A stretch of 61,660 nucleotides of DNA from Paraburkholderia sp. (GTDB lineage Bacteria > Pseudomonadota > Gammaproteobacteria > Burkholderiales > Burkholderiaceae). The notes beneath the pieces are model-generated. The model was not told where the DNA came from, did no database searches, and saw only the letters and a program-made list of their open reading frames with translations. The translations under genes were made by a program, and so were the position numbers. Every line of letters starts with the position of its first letter. Within the stretch, counting starts at the first letter, position 1. Shown piece by piece: positions 10,055 through 19,259 of this stretch. The stretch spans positions 1 through 61,660 of the forward strand of contig NZ_DASRSY010000318.1 of assembly GCF_035656215.1 (NCBI RefSeq). Direction: 5' to 3'.

Positions 10055-11050
10055 TTACCTGGCCGCGTCACCCCATCGATATTCAAAACTCACTTCATCA
10101 AGCTGCGTCTTGACTTGTGCATCGAGCACAAGCTCTGAAGCCGCGAGCGTGTCGCTCAACTGCTCAGCGCGACTGGCGCCGATAATCGCCGACGTAATCA
10201 GCGGATTAGCCAACACCCAGGCAAGAGAAACCCGGGTCAACGACTCGCCAGTCGGCGCAGCGATCGCCTTCAACTTCTCGATCGTTTCGAACTCGCGCTT
10301 ATGCCAGTACCGCTCCTGGTACATCGCCCCGGCCTTCCCGACGACATCGGTAAAGCGCCCGGACGCCGGCGCGGCATCCATCCGATGCTTACCCGTCAGC
10401 AAACCACCCGCCAGCGGGTTATAAGGCATCACGGCTAATTGCTCTTCAGCCGCCAAAGGCAACAATTCCCTCTCGATCTGGCGGAACAACAAGTTGTACC
10501 GCGGCTGCACGGATACGAACCGCGACACGCGCAATACGTCCGCGCGACCCAACGCCCGCGCCAGCCGATATGCGAGGAAATTCGACACGCCGATATAGCG
10601 TGCCTTCCCGGATCGGACGATCACATCCAGCGCCTCCAGCGTCTCATCGAGCGGGGTATTCGCATCGTCGGAATGGAGTTGGTACAGGTCCACGTAATCC
10701 GTGCCGAGCCGCCGCAGCGATACATCGACGGCATCCAGCAGATGCTTGCGTGACGCGCCTTGATCCCATGCTGACGGCCCCATCTTGCCCACGGCTTTCG
10801 TCGCCAGAATGAAACGGTCGCGTTTGCCCTTCAGCCAGCGTCCGACGATCTCCTCCGTGCGCCCGGCAATATTCTCGCCGCCACCGAGCGGGTAAACATT
10901 GGCCGTATCGATGAAGTTCACGCCGGCATCCGCCGCTGTGTCGAGAATGCGATGCGAAACGTCTTCTTCAGTCTGCAGGCCGAAGGTCATCGTCCCCAGA
11001 CACAGGCGCGAAACGGTCAGGCCGGTGCGGCCGAATTTGCGGTATTGCAT
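10055..11050 (-). CDS. Aldo/keto reductase
   Basis: MQYRKFGRTGLTVSRLCLGTMTFG, DTANVY, ATK, SLRRLGTDYVDLYQLH, PYNPLAGGLLTGK. True start at 11050; the longer ORF is an artefact. Confidence 0.93.
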   Translation of the reverse strand: MQYRKFGRTGLTVSRLCLGTMTFGLQTEEDVSHRILDTAADAGVNFIDTANVYPLGGGENIAGRTEEIVGRWLKGKRDRFILATKAVGKMGPSAWDQGASRKHLLDAVDVSLRRLGTDYVDLYQLHSDDANTPLDETLEALDVIVRSGKARYIGVSNFLAYRLARALGRADVLRVSRFVSVQPRYNLLFRQIERELLPLAAEEQLAVMPYNPLAGGLLTGKHRMDAAPASGRFTDVVGKAGAMYQERYWHKREFETIEKLKAIAAPTGESLTRVSLAWVLANPLITSAIIGASRAEQLSDTLAASELVLDAQVKTQLDEVSFEYRWGDAAR

Positions 11051-11215
11051 GGTCAACTCCGAAGATGGACGGAACAGTTGCGGTATGCGGTGTTGCAAAA
11101 GGATAAACGGTGTGGCGATTTCGTGCTCGGCCGGCGATGCAGACAGGTTTGACAAATCGTCAGCATTTAGAAAGTTTGTCATGCTGCTCAATTTATAGGC
11201 GCGAGTGGGAAACGC

Positions 11216-11392
11216 AAGGGCGTCGGCTTGAGCGTCGGCTGGGTGCTGCTGATCGATACCCTGGCGGGCAGCATCATTTTGTTGTCGCTCACAGGTGTCC
11301 TGGTGTGGACGGAGCTGAACAAACGCAAAACCGTAGGTGCGGTGCTGGTGATGGGATCGATCGTCGCCGCCGTCTGCATGGGGTGGATTTAA
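11216..11392 (+). pseudogene. 3' remnant of a PepSY-associated TM-helix membrane protein gene
   Basis: Reads KGVGLSVGWVLLIDTLAGSIILLSLTGVLVWTELNKRKTVGAVLVMGSIVAAVCMGWI*. No start codon between the upstream in-frame stop (11168-11170) and the beginning of the fragment. Confidence 0.6.
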
Positions 11393-11396
11393 AACT

Positions 11397-11436
11397 GCCT
11401 GCAAGCCTGCAAGCCTGCAAGCCTGCAAGCCTGCAA
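11397..11436. repeat. 8-bp tandem repeat (GCCTGCAA)x5
   Basis: Five perfect copies read directly from the sequence. Confidence 0.97.
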
Positions 11437-11507
11437 GCGGAAAACCCGCCGCTCGCGCTAGAATCTTCGCAGACCGCCAAACTGTTGACCCTGCCGGGAT
11501 TCCGCTG

Positions 11508-12197
11508 ATGACCGCACCTGCCAACCAAGTCGACGCCGCACTGATGTCGCGGCGTTCGATTCGTGCCTTTCTGCCCACGCCGGTTGCGCGCACCGATATC
11601 GAAGCGATTCTCGAAGCCGCCAGCCGCGCGCCCTCCGGCACCAATACTCAGCCGTGGAAAGTGTATGTGGTGACGGGCGAGTCGCTGGCGCGCCTGTCGC
11701 AGGCTTTGGTCGCGGCGTATAACGACCCTCAGCGCGACGCGTTGTATCAGGAAGAATATCGCTACTACCCGCATGAATGGGTGTCGCCCTATATCGACCG
11801 CCGCCGCAAAATCGGCTGGAATCTGTACGGCTTGTTGGGCATCCAGAAAGGCGACAAGGCGCGTATGCACGAACAGCATGCGCAGAACTACCGGTTCTTC
11901 GGCGCACCGGTCGGCTTGTTCTTCACGATCGAGCGGGTGATGGAGCGCGGCAGCTGGCTCGACTACGGCATGTTCCTGCAAGCCATCATGACGGCGGCGC
12001 GCGGCCGTGGCCTCGATACCTGCCCGCAGGCTGCGTTCACGCCGTTTCATCGCGTGATTGCCGAGCATCTCGGGCTGCCGGGCGAGGAGCAACTGGTGTG
12101 CGGCATGTCGCTCGGTTTCGCCGACGAAACCGCACGGGTCAATACGCTGCGCACTGACCGGGAACCGGTTGAACGGTTCACGCGGTTTATCGATTGA
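11508..12197 (+). CDS. Nitroreductase family protein
   Basis: SRRSIRAF, RAPSGTNTQPW, FFGAP and GLDTCPQ motifs. Confidence 0.92.
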   Translation: MTAPANQVDAALMSRRSIRAFLPTPVARTDIEAILEAASRAPSGTNTQPWKVYVVTGESLARLSQALVAAYNDPQRDALYQEEYRYYPHEWVSPYIDRRRKIGWNLYGLLGIQKGDKARMHEQHAQNYRFFGAPVGLFFTIERVMERGSWLDYGMFLQAIMTAARGRGLDTCPQAAFTPFHRVIAEHLGLPGEEQLVCGMSLGFADETARVNTLRTDREPVERFTRFID

Positions 12198-12225
12198 CGA
12201 GCGTCACTATCCCCATCGGACCACT

Positions 12226-12540
12226 ATGAAAACTTCGCGCCGCCTTTTTTTGATGCTGAGCGTGGGCGTGAGCTCATCGCTCCTGCTGTTTCGCGCTGCG
12301 TTCGCCGACGACACCGCGAACAAACTGAGCGAAGCCGATCCGACGGCGCAAGCCGTCGGCTACAAAGAGGACGCATCCAAAGTCGACAAGGCGAAATTTC
12401 CCAACTACGCCGCCGGACAAACCTGCGGCAACTGCTCGCTGTTCCAGGGTAAGACCACCGACGCCTACGGCGGCTGCACGCTATTCGGCGACAAACAGGT
12501 CGCGGCGCGCGGCTGGTGCAGCTCGTATTCGAATATCTGA
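12226..12540 (+). CDS. High-potential iron-sulfur protein (HiPIP), Tat-exported
   Basis: SRRLFL Tat signal; LSEADPTAQAVGY; Cys pattern CGNC...GGC.LF...GWC. Confidence 0.9.
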   Translation: MKTSRRLFLMLSVGVSSSLLLFRAAFADDTANKLSEADPTAQAVGYKEDASKVDKAKFPNYAAGQTCGNCSLFQGKTTDAYGGCTLFGDKQVAARGWCSSYSNI

Positions 12541-12568
12541 CCGGGCACGCGCCGCCTGCCAGTACGGG

Positions 12569-12931
12569 TCAATTCAAGGCGCTCAGCACCAGCTCGTGCG
12601 AATGGCCGATCCACACCGCTGCATCGCGATGGTCGCGCAAGGCATCACCGGTATTCGGATGGAGAAAAATATCAAGTGCGCCGTGATTCAGCGTGAGCCA
12701 GCCGACGAGATTGGCGAATTGCTCCTGCGTGAATGCGAGCTGATACGACCACATCGGATGCGGTCCGACGGGACGCTCGTGGAAGCGGCCCATTTGCAGC
12801 TTGCCGTTCCAGTGTGCTTCGATTTGCTCGCGAAAGGACCACGCGGTGTCGCGGCTGCCCGAATCGAAATAAACGTGAGCGTGCCAGCTTTCGATAGCTG
12901 AGGTGTCGCGAAAGGTCATAACAGGGTCCAT
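12569..12931 (-). CDS. DOPA 4,5-dioxygenase family protein
   Basis: WHAHVYF, PVGPHP, FLHPNTG and DH..AVWIG motifs. Alternative start 12919. Confidence 0.88.
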   Translation of the reverse strand: MDPVMTFRDTSAIESWHAHVYFDSGSRDTAWSFREQIEAHWNGKLQMGRFHERPVGPHPMWSYQLAFTQEQFANLVGWLTLNHGALDIFLHPNTGDALRDHRDAAVWIGHSHELVLSALN

Positions 12932-12965
12932 TGCGCGTCGCTTTGTATCAGTCGTTATCAGACAT

Positions 12966-13439
12966 TCATTCTGCTTGAGTTTCCGCCGACGCGCTCGGCG
13001 CGCGTCTCATGTGAAACTGTATTTCATCTTCGCCGACGGTCTCGAAGCCGAGGCGTTCGTACAGGCGCCTTGCGGGATTGCCTTTGAGCACCTTGAGCGT
13101 AACCGGCAACGCGTCGGCGTGCGCGGCCAGCAAGACCGTCCGCAGTGCCCGCTCGCCGATGCCGCGCCCTTGATGCGCCGGCGCGATCTGCAATTGCACG
13201 ACGACCCATTCGTTCTCAGTACGATGCGCTTTCAGCAAACCGGCCGGCGCGCCGTCGATACAAATCACCTGTGCCGCGTCGTAACGGTGCAGCAGACGCG
13301 CGCGATGCCCGGCATCGTCAATGGGTTCGCCGGCACGCGTCAGATGCTCCGTCATGGTGGCCTTGCGCAATTCGAACAGAAAAAGCTCGTCCGCCGCTAA
13401 CGCCGGACGCAGGGTGAGGGAAGGTGCTTGAGCAGACAT
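12966..13439 (-). CDS. GNAT N-acetyltransferase
   Basis: HQGRGIG acetyl-CoA motif and NPARRLYERLGF. Confidence 0.88.
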   Translation of the reverse strand: MSAQAPSLTLRPALAADELFLFELRKATMTEHLTRAGEPIDDAGHRARLLHRYDAAQVICIDGAPAGLLKAHRTENEWVVVQLQIAPAHQGRGIGERALRTVLLAAHADALPVTLKVLKGNPARRLYERLGFETVGEDEIQFHMRRAPSASAETQAE

Positions 13440-13781
13440 GCTGGTAACGTTTCCAGTGCACGGGTGGCTAGTAAGAATTATCGTGAATTGTCGCGGCTGC
13501 AGCGCTTTTTTACCACGCGCTCATGTGATGGTCTCTCGACTTCATTGCTCGACGCACGCGTGAGTGCTGTTTGCTGAAGCTCTGCTTCGCCACGAAAAAG
13601 CGCACCGTTACGCTTGCCGCTTCAAGCGCAGTCGATGTTTGCGAATCACTGGCCGCGGCGCGTATCGGGTTTGCGTGACCGTCGCGACGTTTGGCGAGGC
13701 ACGTGATGTATTTATTGGCATGCGGTTTGCTTTTGCCTCATCCGCCGATCGAGCGGCTCAACGAATTTTGCGAGGTGGGCT

Positions 13782-14054
13782 ATGGAAATTATCGAGCTTG
13801 AACCTAGCGTCTCGCCAGACGGACGCGCGGTGATTTTCCAGCTTTCGACGCGAGGAAGAGACCTCGAGTGCGCCGTCACGCGTGAGGCGTTGGAACAGCA
13901 CTTCTGGTTGCAGCGCGGTGCGGGCGAGGAGCGCGTACTGAAGACGTTCGCGGATGGACGCAAACGTATTACCGCGGTGGCCGAAAGAAAAATGCTGGCG
14001 CGCCCGGGCGAAAAAGTGCTGCTGACGATTAGCGATTTTGTTGCGCGGGGTTGA
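13782..14054 (+). CDS. DUF1488-like small protein
   Basis: ECAVTREALEQHF pattern; GAGGTG RBS upstream. Confidence 0.7.
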   Translation: MEIIELEPSVSPDGRAVIFQLSTRGRDLECAVTREALEQHFWLQRGAGEERVLKTFADGRKRITAVAERKMLARPGEKVLLTISDFVARG

Positions 14055-14339
14055 TTGCTTTGCGCAACCCTGCGGCGCGATGGCTTTGCCACCGGCCTGT
14101 ACAAGCCGCCTTCACGTCTGACGAAATCGCCACGCTGCACCGATTCAGCGAACTGGCCTGCCAATTCCCCTCCTTTCGCGCAATTGCATTCGGGCGCGCT
14201 CACATAAACTGTTTTCCATGGAGCGACAAGTCACCGAGCCCATCGACGCGGTCTTCCCCCGCGTTGTTTTGAACCGTACCGTTGATGGCAGTTTGCCGCG
14301 GTTGTCCGACGTGGCAGGGCAGTAAAGCAGTAGGAAGTC

Positions 14340-14569
14340 GAAGCAATGCAATAGCGCGCAATCAAAGCAACCATGCGTGCGAATCAGCAGGGGGTTGCAG
14401 CGAGGTGAGGTTGAATACGAGGGACCGAGCTGTAACGCAGTTGCAGTTCAGGTAGCAACAGCTTTGTTAGTTAGTTTGTGATGGTTATAAGGCCGGCAAG
14501 CATCCACGCGCCTGCACGGCTCTTCCATCCTGTCCGGCCCTGTTCCCTCGCGGGAACAGGGTTTTTTTT
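14340..14569 (+). ncRNA. Candidate small RNA (5' end uncertain)
   Basis: About 230 nt without a credible ORF, ending in the strong terminator ~480 bp past the nearest convincing + strand gene. U-rich stretch inside. Confidence 0.4.
14538..14569 (+). terminator. Strong Rho-independent terminator (orphan)
   Basis: CCCTGTTCCC-TCGC-GGGAACAGGG stem-loop followed by T8. Confidence 0.9.
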
Positions 14570-14850
14570 CGTCAGTACAATAAATGTGACTTGTATTTAG
14601 CCGGTCCGAACTTATATGGCAACGTTGCGTGTCGGGTGCGTCGCAGCGGAAAATCCGCTCGGGCGCGGCGAGATGTCACGCAATCGAGACTTTGGCTTGT
14701 TTAAGTCTGTCTTAATAGTTGCTTGCCATGATGGTTACACAGACTCACGTTAAGGGTCTGTCAAGCCGCCGGCGCATCGGCGGCGTTTGCCACCGGAGAG
14801 CACAGCATTCGGTGGCAAAGCCGAGAGTTAGCGAAGGAGATTGAATCGAT

Positions 14851-15324
14851 ATGTCCAGTAAATCGCGAGTCCGCAAGCACACCCAGCCGGCCATGTCCCC
14901 GCTGTTGCGGGCGCTGACCTTTAGCCGCACCGCCCACGAGCCGGTCACCGCGGCGATGCTCCTGCAGTGCTACACCGCCCTCGATGCATTCCGGCGCGGC
15001 CGGGGCTCGCGGGATTTGCACCTGACCCTGAGCCGGCATTTGCTGGTATCGCAAGAGCTGGCGCGTCTTGGTCTTGGCGAGGATGTTCTTGCCGATATCG
15101 AAAGCGCCCATGCGGCAATGGTGCAGCTCGACGCACGTGAGCATCACGACGGCGCGTGGATTCTCGATGACAGCGAATATGCCCGGCTTCGCACGGGGCT
15201 GGCGATTCTGGATGGGCAGCTGTCTGTCGCATCGTTGAGCGAGATCGCGAACGCGGAAGCGAAGATGATCGAGGGGCTGATGAGATCCACCCACACGCAA
15301 GCGATCGTCGAAGCAGTGGTTTAA
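14851..15324 (+). CDS. Hypothetical protein (Burkholderiales-type helical protein)
   Basis: AAGGAG RBS; 157 aa ORF with normal codon use. Confidence 0.7.
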   Translation: MSSKSRVRKHTQPAMSPLLRALTFSRTAHEPVTAAMLLQCYTALDAFRRGRGSRDLHLTLSRHLLVSQELARLGLGEDVLADIESAHAAMVQLDAREHHDGAWILDDSEYARLRTGLAILDGQLSVASLSEIANAEAKMIEGLMRSTHTQAIVEAVV

Positions 15325-15381
15325 AACCCGCGTCTGGTTTCTATTTCGGGAACGCTCAAACTTACGCGAGCACGCTGAAAC

Positions 15382-15409
15382 GAAAAACGCCCCACATGGG
15401 GCGTTTTTC
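15382..15409. terminator. Bidirectional terminator
   Basis: GAAAAACGCCCC-ACAT-GGGGCGTTTTTC between convergent genes. Confidence 0.85.
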
Positions 15410-15428
15410 TATTTCAACGTTCATCTCC

Positions 15429-16322
15429 TCAATCGAAAGCCTTGTCGTTCGGTGACGCATAGAGCTTGTGCATTTCGTCGCTCATCGGGAAATCGAAGTT
15501 GATGTTTTTCGGGGGCACCGGCTTCATGAACCACTTGTCGTACATGGTTTTGATCTCGCCGCTCTTCATTACGCCAGTCATTGCGTCGTCGACCAGCTTC
15601 TTGAACTCGGGGTCGTTCTTGCGAAGCATGAAACCGTACGCTTCCGAGGACTGAGGCGTCCCCACGATAACCCAGTCGGCCGGCTTGGCGGTCAGCGAAC
15701 GTGCGCCGGCAAGCAGAACGTCGTCCATCATGTAGGCGACGGCGCGTCCCGTTTCGAGCGTGACACGGCCTTCGCCGTAGTCTTTCGCGCTGATGATCTG
15801 CATGTTCATCTTCTTCTCCTCATTCATCTTTCTGAGGAGGCGTTCAGACGTCGTGCCCTGATTGGTCACCACGGTTTTCCCAGCGAGATCGGAGAAATCC
15901 TTGATGCCGGAGTCTTTGCGCGTAAGGAGGCGTGTCGTGGCAACAAAGAACGTATCGGAAAACGCGACCTGATTTTGCCGCGAAGTCAGGTTGGTCGTGA
16001 CGCCGCATTCAAGGTCGACGGTTCCGTTCTGAACCAGCGGAATACGGTTCTGCGAGGTGACAGGAATGAAGCGGACGCGTAGGTCTGGGTGTCCCGTCTT
16101 TGCCTTGACCGCGTCGATAATCTTGTTGCACAAGTCCTGGGAGAACCCAATGACCTGGTTATTGGCATCGACATAGGAGAACGGCACAGACGTCTCCCTG
16201 TGCCCGATTGCAATCAGGTTCACGCTCTGAACCTTCGCCAAGGTCGGTTGTGCATCCTGGGCCGAGACGGCTTGCGAAAAAATCGCAAAAGCTGCGAGAG
16301 CCAGTAGCGACGCGTATTTCAT
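15429..16322 (-). CDS. Glutamate/aspartate ABC transporter substrate-binding protein (GltI-like), orphan
   Basis: Signal peptide; GHRETSVPFSY, VTSQNRIPLVQNGTVDLECGVTTN, GTTSE and MMDDVLL motifs. Confidence 0.9.
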   Translation of the reverse strand: MKYASLLALAAFAIFSQAVSAQDAQPTLAKVQSVNLIAIGHRETSVPFSYVDANNQVIGFSQDLCNKIIDAVKAKTGHPDLRVRFIPVTSQNRIPLVQNGTVDLECGVTTNLTSRQNQVAFSDTFFVATTRLLTRKDSGIKDFSDLAGKTVVTNQGTTSERLLRKMNEEKKMNMQIISAKDYGEGRVTLETGRAVAYMMDDVLLAGARSLTAKPADWVIVGTPQSSEAYGFMLRKNDPEFKKLVDDAMTGVMKSGEIKTMYDKWFMKPVPPKNINFDFPMSDEMHKLYASPNDKAFD

Positions 16323-16378
16323 GACAATCTCCTATCGGTTTCGGCAGAACTATAGGTCGAATCGACGCCCGGCCTGAT

Positions 16379-16417
16379 ACATATGTTGCCATAACAAAAT
16401 TAACAACAACATATGTT
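16379..16417. promoter_or_regulatory. Candidate operator (two ACATATGTT boxes)
   Basis: ACATATGTT at 16379 and 16409, 30 bp apart; perfect palindrome AACATATGTT at 16408-16417. Confidence 0.4.
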
Positions 16418-16586
16418 AACTACCAATGCGAGACTTCAGCCGCCCGCGGCGAGTGGGCAGTCGGCATCGCTAACCGGCCGAACCGCATCTCTTTGGCGCC
16501 CGCGCGCTGCCTCTCTGGCACTGTCAAAGACCTGCGCTAAACTCCAGGAACATTCGGCGACGACGACTTATAAGGAGGTCGATGTC

Positions 16587-16868
16587 ATGGAACCCTCTGA
16601 TTTCCTCGCAGCCACTCGACAACTGGCCGCCGCCGCCGAGCTTCTAGCTAAGGCTGGCCCCCAGGACCGCCGGTTCGATGCGTTCGAAATGCTCGCGTTC
16701 TTTCGCCGATACGACCAGGTTGGCTTGGGTTTGGAGATGGTTGTGGTGTCCAACGACGAGCTATTCGCTCTGACTGCGCAGGCTGCGCTTACCATGGCAG
16801 GACGTAACGAATTTCTGGCGTCCCACGCGCTTCTTGAGCAGGCCCGGTCGCTTTTAGCCGCTACGTGA
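16587..16868 (+). CDS. Small hypothetical protein
   Basis: AAGGAGG RBS before ATG 16587; 93 aa, helical. Confidence 0.6.
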   Translation: MEPSDFLAATRQLAAAAELLAKAGPQDRRFDAFEMLAFFRRYDQVGLGLEMVVVSNDELFALTAQAALTMAGRNEFLASHALLEQARSLLAAT

Positions 16869-16967
16869 AAGTCGCTGTGGCACGCGGTGATGAGCAGCGC
16901 CACCGAAATGGGATGCGACGTTCACATCACGCGCAAGGGGAACTGAGCGACGAAGACTCTCGGTCGC

Positions 16968-17996
16968 TCAGTTCTGGAAGTAATTCAACCCGAGCGCACC
17001 TTTCACCTCTGACACCGTCGTACCGGCTACTTCCCGCGCGCGCATGGTCCCGCGGCGCAAAACATTCAGCACCTCCGCGCGGTCAGTTGCCAACTCGCGG
17101 CGGCGCTCCCGAATGGGTGCGAGCATCGCCTGCAGACGTTCGTTGAGCGCGCGCTTGACCACGCTGTCGCCAAGACCGCCACGACGGTAGTGCGCTTTGA
17201 GTTCGTCGACCATTGGTACGTCCGGCTCGAACGCGTCGAGGAAGGCGAACACAACATTGCCTTCAACTTGCCCTGGGTCGCTGACGCGCAGATGGTTAGG
17301 GTCGGTGTACATGTTGTTTACGGCCTTGGTGATTTCGTCCGGGCTCGCGCCCAGCGTGATAGCGTTACCCAGTGACTTGCTCATCTTGGCTTTGCCATCG
17401 ATGCCCGGCAGCCGCGCCACGTGTGAGAGCACCGCTTCGCATTCCACCAGCACCTGCTTGTCGACCGTGTTGTTGAAACGGCGCACCAGTTCATTGGTTT
17501 GTTCAATCATCGGCAACTGGTCGTCACCAACAGGCACGCGGGTCGCCTTGAACGCAGTGATGTCAGCGGCCTGGCTGACCGGATACGTCAGGAAGCCGGC
17601 GGGGATATCCCGCTCGAAACCGCGAAGCACGATTTCCGCCTTGATGGTCGGGTTGCGTTCGAGGCGCGCGACCGTCACAAGGTTGAGCAGATACTGCGAC
17701 AGTTCCGCCAGCTCCGGCACCTGCGACTGGATAAAGATGGTCGATTTCGCCGGGTCGATGCCGACCGCGAGATAGTCGAGCGCCACCTCGATGACGTTTT
17801 CAGTGACTTTCTGGTGCTGGCCGACGTTGTCGGTCATGGCCTGCGCATCGGCAAGCAGGAGGAATTGCTGCGCTTCGTGCTGGAGTTGCACGCGCGAGCG
17901 CAACGAGCCGATGTAGTGACCCAGGTGAAGCGGGCCGGTGGTGCGGTCACCGGTGAGGATGACAGGTTGTTTTTCAGATCTGGATGCGTGCGACAT
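16968..17996 (-). CDS. trpS: Tryptophan--tRNA ligase (TrpRS II-like, probably accessory copy)
   Basis: [14 protein letters not shown] (HIGH), [15 protein letters not shown] and KMSKS motifs. Confidence 0.95.
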   Translation of the reverse strand: MSHASRSEKQPVILTGDRTTGPLHLGHYIGSLRSRVQLQHEAQQFLLLADAQAMTDNVGQHQKVTENVIEVALDYLAVGIDPAKSTIFIQSQVPELAELSQYLLNLVTVARLERNPTIKAEIVLRGFERDIPAGFLTYPVSQAADITAFKATRVPVGDDQLPMIEQTNELVRRFNNTVDKQVLVECEAVLSHVARLPGIDGKAKMSKSLGNAITLGASPDEITKAVNNMYTDPNHLRVSDPGQVEGNVVFAFLDAFEPDVPMVDELKAHYRRGGLGDSVVKRALNERLQAMLAPIRERRRELATDRAEVLNVLRRGTMRAREVAGTTVSEVKGALGLNYFQN

Positions 17997-18150
17997 GGTT
18001 AAATATCCGTGTTTGCAACACCACCAGTCTAATCGTTGTACTTCGTAATATCGTAGTATGCGGTCCCATTGCGCCCACCACTCAACTGCACGATCGATGC
18101 ATGAATTTCCCCGATGCTCGGTTTATATGATGCGTGTGTTATGCCGGCAG
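17997..18150 (-). promoter_or_regulatory. Trp-codon-rich leader and candidate sigma70 promoter of trpS
   Basis: Five TGG codons (18075-80, 18066-68, 18021-26) in frame with trpS. CTGCCG-N17-TATAAA on the minus strand at about 18150-18122. Confidence 0.55.
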
Positions 18151-18335
18151 ACTATGCCATGAGCCTGGGCTCGGTTTGCCGCGCAGTATTGCCGGATTGA
18201 ACCCGGATTATCTACCGCGATTAATCGATAAACGGCAAATTCATGACGAGCTTTAGCGCGCCCGGAGAATACTTTAAAGCGGCGGTTTCGTGTCGCGTGT
18301 TAGGAAGCAGTTCAGCGCTTCCGTTATTTGCCCAA

Positions 18336-18524
18336 CTACTTGCCCAACTCGTGTCCGATGATCCCGCCCGCTACCGCGCCGCCGACCGTGCCGACCGCAC
18401 TGTGATTGGTCGCCTCGTTGCCGATCACGCCACCTGCCGCCGCACCGCCAAGCGTGCACCCGTTTGTGAATGTCAGTAGCGTCAATAACATGGCGATGAT
18501 GCCCAAGCCAGATCGATTTCCCAT
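18336..18524 (-). CDS. Glycine-zipper 2TM lipoprotein (OsmB-like)
   Basis: Signal ending TNGC, followed by GGAAAGGVIG...GTVGGAVAGGIIG; GAGGTG RBS. Confidence 0.8.
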   Translation of the reverse strand: MGNRSGLGIIAMLLTLLTFTNGCTLGGAAAGGVIGNEATNHSAVGTVGGAVAGGIIGHELGK

Positions 18525-18754
18525 GATGTCACCTCGGATGCGTGTCGATACAAGCGGGTCAGCAATCCACATGCCACGCTTGTATTACGAGTGTCCGTAG
18601 GGCCTGCGCTCCGTTGGCGCCGGGGCGGTGAAACGGGTTTGCTGGACTCATCTGCGCTTGCTAGACTGCCTTTCGCTACCTAACTGTAAGCGCGTTTTTG
18701 CCGTCGTACGCCCGCCTGGCGTTCACGTCCACGGCGCGATAAATCGGAGACGTC

Positions 18755-19108
18755 ATGTCGTACATGCTGCTTATCGTCGAACCCCCGAATCAGCGCATCG
18801 AACGCGGCGAGCAGGCCGGGCGCGAAGTCTACGACCAGATGGTGCGTTTCGCCGCCGATCTCAAGGAGCGCGACAAGCTGGTCGCGGTCGAATCGCTGAC
18901 CTCCTCCAGTGACGCCGTGCGCGTGCAGGTGCGCGACGGAAAGCCCAAACTGCTCGACGGCCCGTTCGCTGAAGCCAAGGAAATGATCGGCGGTTTCTTC
19001 CTGCTCAATTGTGAAAGCCAGGAAGAAGCGGTGGCGATCGCGCAAGCCTGCCCGGCGGCCACGTGGTGCACCGTCGAAGTCCGCAAGCTCGGGCCTTGTT
19101 TCATGTAA
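18755..19108 (+). CDS. YciI/DGPF family protein
   Basis: DGPFAEAKEMIGGF motif. Confidence 0.9.
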   Translation: MSYMLLIVEPPNQRIERGEQAGREVYDQMVRFAADLKERDKLVAVESLTSSSDAVRVQVRDGKPKLLDGPFAEAKEMIGGFFLLNCESQEEAVAIAQACPAATWCTVEVRKLGPCFM

Positions 19109-19166
19109 GCGGGTTCGCCCATTCGCGGCTATTTTTCTAGGGTTTTCCCTAGATCGACGACAAATA

Positions 19167-19193
19167 TGTCGATCCACTCGCGTATCGCTCGTC
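19167..19193 (+). promoter_or_regulatory. ECF42-type promoter TGTCGA-N17-CGTC
   Basis: TGTCGA at 19167-72 and CGTC at 19190-93, upstream of the YciI-SRPBCC-VOC-sigma operon. Confidence 0.7.
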
Positions 19194-19259
19194 GTGTGAG
19201 TAAGGAGCAAACAGAGAATGGCTCGCTACTTACCACACACCACCCAAGGAGCGATCGCG

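Noticed and set aside
11397-11436. CRISPR-like array
   Set aside because: Contiguous 8-bp units with no spacers and no cas genes; it is a simple VNTR.
10055-11644. 529-aa extended aldo/keto reductase ORF
   Set aside because: The extension crosses the VNTR (LAGLQACR repeats) and overlaps the nitroreductase. Family homology starts at Met 11050.
17997-18150. T-box or classical terminator attenuator upstream of trpS
   Set aside because: No T-box consensus and no hairpin with a U-tract is visible; only the Trp-rich frame is supported.
18324-18347. Duplicated gene end (LGK-stop twice) of the glycine-zipper lipoprotein
   Set aside because: A 12-bp local duplication that leaves the protein unchanged.
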